In this document: piece after piece, positions 58,213 to 64,000 of the stretch
Position numbering within the stretch: position 1 is the first letter of the stretch
Layout: each line of letters starts with the position of its first letter
Assembly: GCA_963841905.1 (NCBI GenBank)
Contig: CAWJEM010000022.1
Location: 92,835 to 156,834 of the forward strand
Source of the DNA: an uncultured Acidobacteriota bacterium
GTDB taxonomy: Bacteria > Acidobacteriota > Vicinamibacteria > Vicinamibacterales > UBA2999
DNA: 64,000 nt
Direction: 5' to 3'
Position numbers and translations under genes: made by a program
The notes under the pieces: model-generated
Database searches by the model: none
The model's input: only the letters and a program-made list of their open reading frames with translations
What the model was told of the DNA's origin: nothing

Positions 58213-59407
58213 CGCGTCGCGGCAGATGCCCGCCCAGGTGCATCAACAAGTCGTAGACCGACGCACCACACGCCACCGCGACATCCTCGGGACGCGATCC
58301 TTCCTCCCAATCCCACAGGGTGACGACATCACCGATTCGCACCGTCGGCTCAGCGCCGATCTCGACGATGGTGTGGCTGGCTGAGACGGACGCGATGACG
58401 GGATAGAGCGCGCCGTTGATGCGGACGCGCGCCCCTTTGGCGGCAACCCGCGGCCAGCCGTCGGCGTGACCGACCGGCAGCGTGGCAACCCAGGTATCGG
58501 TCTTCGCAAGATAAGCGCGGTTGTAGCCCGCGCTCTCGCCGGCGGCCAACTTCTTCACGTAGGCCACGCGCGCACGCAGCGCCCCTGCAGGTGCCAGCGA
58601 CATGCGATTGGCCTTGCGAAACGCTGGCTCGGGATAGACGCCAAACAGGGCCATGCCCGGTCGCACCATGTCGAGGACGATGTCGGGATGTTGAAAGAAG
58701 GTGTAGCTCGAAGCGGCATGGCGGAGGCCGGTGGTGAGACCAACCGCGCGCAGCTCCGCGTTCAACGCCTCGAAGCGGCGAAGCTGTTCGCGGTCGAACG
58801 CTTCGTCCTCGCTGAACGTCATCATGACACCGTCAATCGTGACGCCCGTCTGACCCGCGAGCTGCTTCACGAGGGTGAATGCTTCGCGGTAGGGGACACC
58901 GACACGCCCAAGACCGGTATCGATGCAGACGTGAATCTTGATGGAGCGGCCGCCGCGTGCGGCCACCCGCGACAGATCCGCACCGATTGGCGTATAGACC
59001 ATCGGCATGATGTCGCGGGCATGGAGGTCGGGCAGATCACCGGGCTCGAACGGTCCCATCAGCAGCACGGGAGTGGTAATGCCAGCGTCCCGAATCGCAA
59101 ACGCCTCTTGCAGCTTGATGACCGCGAGTCCGTGCACTTGCTTGAGCGGCGCCAGAATCCTGGCAATCGGGACAACTCCGAATCCGTACCCGTTGTTCTT
59201 GATGACGGCAAGGATGGGACGGTCACCGATGGTTGCTGCGACGGCCGCCACGTTCCGGCGAAGGTGCTCGGGTTTGATCTCGATCCACGGATCGAAGGCG
59301 GAATCTCGCGATGTCGGCTGTGGTTCGACTCCAACACCTTGCCACGGTCCGATCGACATGGCGGCAGCGGTCGCGCTAAGAAATGATCGACGATTCATCG
59401 CGAACAT
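58202..59407 (-). CDS. Alanine racemase family PLP enzyme with a twin-arginine signal
   Basis: MFAMNRRSFLSATAAAMSIG (RR signal). ILAVIKNNGYGFG (PLP-Lys region)...HVCIDTGLGRVG...GVMMTFSEDE...AGESAGYNRAY...ATLPVGHADGW...SASHTIVE. Confidence 0.8.
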   Translation of the reverse strand: MFAMNRRSFLSATAAAMSIGPWQGVGVEPQPTSRDSAFDPWIEIKPEHLRRNVAAVAATIGDRPILAVIKNNGYGFGVVPIARILAPLKQVHGLAVIKLQEAFAIRDAGITTPVLLMGPFEPGDLPDLHARDIMPMVYTPIGADLSRVAARGGRSIKIHVCIDTGLGRVGVPYREAFTLVKQLAGQTGVTIDGVMMTFSEDEAFDREQLRRFEALNAELRAVGLTTGLRHAASSYTFFQHPDIVLDMVRPGMALFGVYPEPAFRKANRMSLAPAGALRARVAYVKKLAAGESAGYNRAYLAKTDTWVATLPVGHADGWPRVAAKGARVRINGALYPVIASVSASHTIVEIGAEPTVRIGDVVTLWDWEEGSRPEDVAVACGASVYDLLMHLGGHLPRRVVA

Positions 59408-60086
59408 CCCGTTTGGATAGCTGGCGCGGTTCTTCGGTGGTCACCAGTGGTGGGTTTTCAGCATTCGGGCTCCGCACCATCTGCCACGTTGCGGCGGGCA
59501 GAAGCGCGATGCCTACCAGGTAGAGTGCCAGCGTTCCAAACGCGACGTATCCCTCCAGCGCATGGGGCGGGCGCTGCGCGATGCTGCCGAGCGTCAGTCC
59601 GTCGAAGAGCATTTGCAGGGCACGCGACAGGCGGCCTTGCGCAGGTGCCGACATCGCGGCGAGGACGATGAACTTCAGCGTGAAGACAGCGCCGAACGTC
59701 ACGAGCAAGCCACGAAGCAAGCGAGGCCGATCGGGACCAATCGCGAACGCTTGCAGCACGAGACTCACGAGCACAATCCACACAATGAGGGCTGGGACCC
59801 CGGATTCAGGAAGCACCAGTGTCGTCACCTGCGCCGACGCGGCGAATGCGGTTGCCAGGACGGCGAAGCCATTCAGATTGGCGATCGTTGACCGGGCGCC
59901 GTTCATCAGGCGCTCGGGCGCAAGGGTACCGCTGCGGACGTAGAGCACCAGCAGCACCGTAGCCATCACCAGCGAGGCCAGCGAGGGCGGCATCATGGTG
60001 ACGTCGCCTTCCGGACGCAGCGCGCCGGCAAGCACGACGGTCAAGAAGAGCGCCGGCAGCAACCACGCCTCGAGAAACGGCGTCAT
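59376..60086 (-). CDS. Hypothetical membrane protein
   Basis: 236 aa, about 6 TM segments. Overlaps neighbours on both sides (operon-like). Confidence 0.4.
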   Translation of the reverse strand: MTPFLEAWLLPALFLTVVLAGALRPEGDVTMMPPSLASLVMATVLLVLYVRSGTLAPERLMNGARSTIANLNGFAVLATAFAASAQVTTLVLPESGVPALIVWIVLVSLVLQAFAIGPDRPRLLRGLLVTFGAVFTLKFIVLAAMSAPAQGRLSRALQMLFDGLTLGSIAQRPPHALEGYVAFGTLALYLVGIALLPAATWQMVRSPNAENPPLVTTEEPRQLSKRDVRDESSIIS

Positions 60087-60595
60087 TTTCGCTCCTGCAG
60101 CAGACGAAGTGGATTCAGATCGGAAGCGTCGCGAGTCAGACCCGCCTCCAGTTCTGCCCGAAGCTCGTCGGCCGATCGCATCTGCAACGTCTCGTCGTTC
60201 ACAACCAGCCGACCACCGGGCGCCAACGCAATGGCCTGATCGATGTGCTTCAGTCCCTCTCGATACAGCACATCGTCTCGGTGTGTGCGATACCAGCCCT
60301 GACGATAGCAGGAGTATGCGATGTAGAACTGCGTCCGTGCGTCGCGAGACGCGGGATCCGCGCGTGAAAAGGCGGCCCGCGACTCGATGAACTGATCTCT
60401 CCGGAAGAACGCGAGGCCGTCCGCGAACGCTTGCGCATCGATATCGTAGGTGCCCACGGTGGCTGACAAACCACCGACCGCTTCAGCAACGCTCCGCGGT
60501 TGCGAGGCCAGAAGCCAGGCAATCACCGCCGCGTACGCGATGGTTGCCGCCAACCCCAGACTGCGTGTCACGGGTTCCGTCAGGCGCGTGGTCAT
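60083..60595 (-). CDS. Hypothetical membrane-anchored protein
   Basis: 170 aa with one N-terminal TM segment (LGLAATIAYAAVIAWLLA). 4-nt overlaps with both neighbours. Confidence 0.35.
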   Translation of the reverse strand: MTTRLTEPVTRSLGLAATIAYAAVIAWLLASQPRSVAEAVGGLSATVGTYDIDAQAFADGLAFFRRDQFIESRAAFSRADPASRDARTQFYIAYSCYRQGWYRTHRDDVLYREGLKHIDQAIALAPGGRLVVNDETLQMRSADELRAELEAGLTRDASDLNPLRLLQERK

Positions 60596-61677
60596 GGCGA
60601 CACTTGTCGCGGGGCGAGCCGTCCAATGACCGGGTGATGGTCCGAGCCGTACTTTGCCCCAACCCGAGTCGTGCTGCCTGTCCAGCCGTCCTGCAGGCGG
60701 AAGAACAGGTAATCGAGCCGTCCCATGAGATGCGTTCGGCGTGGGTCCTCGCTCACGAGACTTCGCGACCAGGCGCGAGCGATCGAGTACGCCTCCTCAC
60801 CGGCGCCAGCCTGGATCGTATTGAAGTCGCCACCAAGCACGGTGCCTGACGATCGCACAGCCTGTGAAGGGCGGGACGTTCGAAGCACATTGAGCAACGC
60901 CACGACCTGGCGCGGTCGCGGGCTGCTGAAAATCCAAAGCGTCGCCGCGGAACTCACTGGTTCGAGGTGCGCGCTCACGACGTCGAGGCGATCCGGGCCG
61001 TCGATTGTGCGCACATCAATCGCGGCGCCAACGGCGACCCGACGCTGCCGCTCGAGCGGCAGCTCCACCGCGAACGGCGCGTGCAGCCTTTCCGTTGAGA
61101 CAATCGCGTTGCCGCGGTCTTCAAAGGCGTTGGCGCCGTTTCTCATCGAGGGAACATACAACATCGAGAGTCCCAACGTTGTGGCGTGGTCATGAGCGTC
61201 GCCGCCACGCCCATCGCGTCTCGTAATTGCGAAGGCACTCCGACCGTCGGCCGGGAACGGCGGTACGTCGCTACCTCGCCGATAGAGCTCCTGAAGCAGC
61301 AGCACGAAGTGCTTCACGGGTTGACCACCGGTCAAGCGACCGGCTCGCAGGTCGGCGATGAGGGCCCCGAGATCGCCCTCGAACATGTGGGCATTCCACG
61401 TCAGCACGACCAAGTCGTCCGGCCCAGGTATCTCGTCGACTCCACCCGGCGGCGATGGCACGATGACGGGCCTTCCAACCGCGCGACACCATCGATCGAG
61501 CTGGCCCAGATCTTCGTGCGAACTCACGTGCCACGTCACGGGAACAGGGCTACCGGTCCCAGCCCGAGCCGCGCAGGTGTCGAGCACGCTCGGCGGATGG
61601 CCTCGGCCATTCACTGGCCAACACATCGCGAGCGCTGCCAGGATGCACCACGCGATCAGCAGAACCGAGGACCGCAT
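60592..61677 (-). CDS. Endonuclease/exonuclease/phosphatase (EEP) family protein, secreted
   Basis: Signal MRSSVLLIAWCILAALA. VLTWNAHMF...LLLQE...EDRGNAIVS...LGGDFN...LDYLFF...GSDHHPV. Confidence 0.7.
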   Translation of the reverse strand: MRSSVLLIAWCILAALAMCWPVNGRGHPPSVLDTCAARAGTGSPVPVTWHVSSHEDLGQLDRWCRAVGRPVIVPSPPGGVDEIPGPDDLVVLTWNAHMFEGDLGALIADLRAGRLTGGQPVKHFVLLLQELYRRGSDVPPFPADGRSAFAITRRDGRGGDAHDHATTLGLSMLYVPSMRNGANAFEDRGNAIVSTERLHAPFAVELPLERQRRVAVGAAIDVRTIDGPDRLDVVSAHLEPVSSAATLWIFSSPRPRQVVALLNVLRTSRPSQAVRSSGTVLGGDFNTIQAGAGEEAYSIARAWSRSLVSEDPRRTHLMGRLDYLFFRLQDGWTGSTTRVGAKYGSDHHPVIGRLAPRQVSP

Positions 61678-61711
61678 TCATTCAGGATAGCGCCGCGCAT
61701 ATACTGCGCGC

Positions 61712-62614
61712 ATGGTCCGTGTGATGGTTTTCGCCGGCGTGGTGACACTCGCGGGCCAGCAACCGACGGCACCGCCGGCGGGCGGCGCTCAGACACCGCC
61801 GGGCACCGACATCTACGAGCTCGCGTTCAGCGGCCGGCTCGAGACGCTCAAGGAAGCAACCCCGCAACCCATCAGCGTTGCGCCGGGCTACGACAATCAA
61901 CCCTTCTACACGCCCGACGGCGCAGCCGTGTTGTTTACGGCCAATCGTGACGGTAAGCAGACGGACATCTACGAATTCGATCGCGCGGCGCGGCGCGTCC
62001 GGCAACTGGTTGCGACCCCCGAAGGCGAGTATTCGGCAACCATCACGCCGGATGGCAAAGGCTTCAGCGTGATCCGCGTCGAAGCCGACGGGACACAACG
62101 CCTGTGGCGCTTCGACCGCAACGGCAGCAACCCGAAGGTCGTGCTTTCCGAGATCAAGCCAGTCGGTTATCACGCCTGGGTGGATGCGGATCGATTGGTC
62201 CTCTTCATCCTCGGCAAGCCGTCAACGCTTCAGACCGCACCGGTGTCAACCGGCAAAGGTACTGTCGTGGCCAGCAACGTCGGCCGTTCGATCCTGCGCA
62301 TGCCGGGCGGCAACTCCATCAGCTTCGTCGAGCGCCTGGAGAACGGTGAACACTGGGTGAAAGAGCTGAATCCCACGACCGGCGTGAGCACGCCGCTGGT
62401 GATGGCGCCCGCCGGCTCGACCGAGCGGGATTGCGCGTGGCTGCCGGATGGTACGCTCCTCATGTCGGCCGGCGCACGAATCGTGGCGTGGCGGCGAGGT
62501 CAGGGATGGCGTGACGTCTACGATGTGGCCATCCACAAACTGGGCGCCGTGACACGGATGGCGGTGGCGCCGGATGGGCGGAGTATGGCCATCGTGGTGA
62601 ACGAGGGAAAATAG
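61712..62614 (+). CDS. TolB-like (PD40/WD40-like) beta-propeller protein, secreted
   Basis: GYDNQPFYTPDGAAVLFTANRDGKQTDIYEFD...EGEYSATITPDGKGFSVIR...MAVAPDGRSMAIVVNE. Confidence 0.6.
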   Translation: MVRVMVFAGVVTLAGQQPTAPPAGGAQTPPGTDIYELAFSGRLETLKEATPQPISVAPGYDNQPFYTPDGAAVLFTANRDGKQTDIYEFDRAARRVRQLVATPEGEYSATITPDGKGFSVIRVEADGTQRLWRFDRNGSNPKVVLSEIKPVGYHAWVDADRLVLFILGKPSTLQTAPVSTGKGTVVASNVGRSILRMPGGNSISFVERLENGEHWVKELNPTTGVSTPLVMAPAGSTERDCAWLPDGTLLMSAGARIVAWRRGQGWRDVYDVAIHKLGAVTRMAVAPDGRSMAIVVNEGK

Positions 62615-62618
62615 ACCC

Positions 62619-62825
62619 ATGAGCTTCTGCGAACACTGCCAGGGACAACGTTTCGACCGGGCCCGCGTCCTCCGGGCGCTGCGGCAGATCCGCAAGGACC
62701 TGCGTGCCCCCGATCGCGGGGGACCGCTCGACCATGCGATTTTCACCGCGCTCGAGACGGTGCGAGCCCTCGACATCCCACACCTCGAGCCTGAAGAGGT
62801 CGAGGAGAATCAAGTGATTCACTAA
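62619..62825 (+). CDS. Small hypothetical protein (68 aa, CxxC near the N-terminus)
   Basis: MSFCEHCQGQRFDRARVLRALRQIRKDL... Starts 4 nt after the previous stop, behind GAGGGA. No family recognised. Confidence 0.3.
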   Translation: MSFCEHCQGQRFDRARVLRALRQIRKDLRAPDRGGPLDHAIFTALETVRALDIPHLEPEEVEENQVIH

Positions 62826-63070
62826 CGTCGGTTCTTGACGGGGGTTCTTCACGGAGGTTCTTGACGAGGGTTCGACAAAGGTTCTTTGACGACAGTTCAT
62901 CGGCGAACGAACCATCGTGAAGAACCGTCTCGTGAAGAACCTTCGTCAAGAACCTTCGTCAAGAACCTTCGTCAAGAACCTTCGTGAAGAACCCTCGTGA
63001 AGAACCCTCGTGGAGAACCCTCGGCGAACCATCTTTGAGAACCTTCGTAGAGAACCGTTGTGGAGAACCT
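62826..63070. repeat. 13-nt unit array: about 5 GGTTCTTSAC-type units, then about 12 GTSAAGAACCYTC units up to the next start codon
   Basis: cggttcttgac gggggttcttcac ggaggttcttgac ... gtgaagaaccttc (gtcaagaaccttc)x3 (gtgaagaaccctc)x2 gtggagaaccctc ... gtggagaacct gATG. The last unit supplies GGAGA as the RBS. Confidence 0.9.
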
Positions 63071-63071
63071 G

Positions 63072-64000
63072 ATGGATCGCCTTCTTCAAGATCTCAGAGT
63101 CGCCATCCGCACCCTCGCCCGCCAGCGGACGTTCTCGCTCATCGCCATTCTCACGCTCGCCCTCGGCGTGGGCGCGACGACCGCGATCTTCAGCGTGGTG
63201 TACGGCATTCTGCTGCGTCCGCTCCCATACGCCGAATCCAGCCGGCTCGTCACGCTGGGGCAGACTGCCAAGAGTGATCCGCAGGAGCCGGTCGATGGGT
63301 CCAGCTCGCACGTGAACTTCCTCGACTGGAAGCAGTCGAGCAAGACGATCCCCTCGATGGCGATGTACTCAGGGGGTCGGGCGGTCATCAGCAACCAGGG
63401 TGCAGCCGACGTCGTTCGGATCGGCAGCGTCACGCCGGGCTTTTTCGACGTGTTCCGCGCGACTCCCATCTCGGGGCGCGAATTCACGGCGGAAGAGAAC
63501 CAACCGACTGGCCCGCGCGCGGTCGTCGTCAGCTATGGCTTCTGGCAGGACCGGCTTGGAGCCAGGCTCGACGTGCTGTCGCAGACGGTCGAGATCAGCG
63601 GCGTGCCGTGGCCCATTGTGGGCGTTGCGCCGCGCGGCTTCGACTTTCCGAACGGCGCGCGTCTTTGGATGCCCGTCCGCAACAACGACGAGCAGTGTGG
63701 TCGTGGGTGCGTGTATCTGAACGGGATCGGTCGCCTCGCGAACGGCGCGACGGTGGAGGCGGCGCAGGATGAAATGACGGCCGTTGCTTCCGCCCTCGAA
63801 CGCGATTTTCAAGGCGACAATGCCAACGTCACGGTCATGGTGCAAAGCCTCCACGATCGCACGGTCGGGAGCGTCCAGCTGGCGCTCGTCGTGTTGCTGG
63901 CCGCCGTCACCATGGTGCTGCTGATTGCGTGTGCGAACGTGGCCAATCTCTTGTTGGTCCGTGGCGCGGCGCGCCAGAGTGAGATCGCAGTTCGAACCGC
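63072..64000 (+). CDS. ADOP-family (MacB/FtsX-like) ABC permease, 5' part (runs off the window)
   Basis: Not in the track because it is open-ended. My translation from ATG 63072: MDRLLQDLRVAIRTLARQRTFSLIAILTLALGVGATTAIFSVVYGILLRPLPYAESSRLV...ACANVANLLLVRGAARQSEIAVRT, in one frame for 929 nt. Confidence 0.9.
   Translation, partial: MDRLLQDLRVAIRTLARQRTFSLIAILTLALGVGATTAIFSVVYGILLRPLPYAESSRLVTLGQTAKSDPQEPVDGSSSHVNFLDWKQSSKTIPSMAMYSGGRAVISNQGAADVVRIGSVTPGFFDVFRATPISGREFTAEENQPTGPRAVVVSYGFWQDRLGARLDVLSQTVEISGVPWPIVGVAPRGFDFPNGARLWMPVRNNDEQCGRGCVYLNGIGRLANGATVEAAQDEMTAVASALERDFQGDNANVTVMVQSLHDRTVGSVQLALVVLLAAVTMVLLIACANVANLLLVRGAARQSEIAVRT

Overview
High-GC (roughly 65%) chromosomal segment. Three ADOP-family duplicated MacB/FtsX permeases (one preceded by PadR) and many secreted peptidases and amidases point to an Acidobacteriota-like genome; this is an inference. 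I count about 50 protein genes, mostly housekeeping or catabolic: hutH-hutU, purA, ppk1, zwf/gnd, rnc, cutA, a 1-Cys peroxiredoxin, a tricorn-type protease, two amidases, an aryl-CoA (2-aminobenzoyl-/salicylyl-CoA type) oxidation cluster, a Kef-type antiporter and an ABC-2 exporter. I saw no rRNA, tRNA, CRISPR, transposase, integrase or phage genes. Three things stand out. (1) Almost every longer intergenic gap holds an array of short tandem units (7, 8 or 13 nt) arranged as [unit]n - spacer - [reverse-complement unit]m. These are long imperfect hairpins built from tandem repeats, and the same unit families recur at distant loci. One in-frame 9-nt array sits inside a gene. I know of no described element class that matches. 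(2) At least 12 single-base frameshifts break well conserved genes (hutU, zwf, tricorn protease, an M20 peptidase, a DNA methyltransferase, an ADOP permease, the aryl-CoA monooxygenase/reductase). Where I could resolve them they sit at short repeated-base contexts (mostly 2-3 nt homopolymers), and they cluster locally. That fits consensus or assembly indel errors better than real pseudogenes. (3) Several cofactor enzymes carry twin-arginine signals: two tandem HisC-like aminotransferases, a PhnZ/MIOX-like HD-domain protein and an alanine-racemase homologue. Gene coordinates follow the supplied ORF track. Repeat and frameshift coordinates were read by eye and may be off by a few nt.
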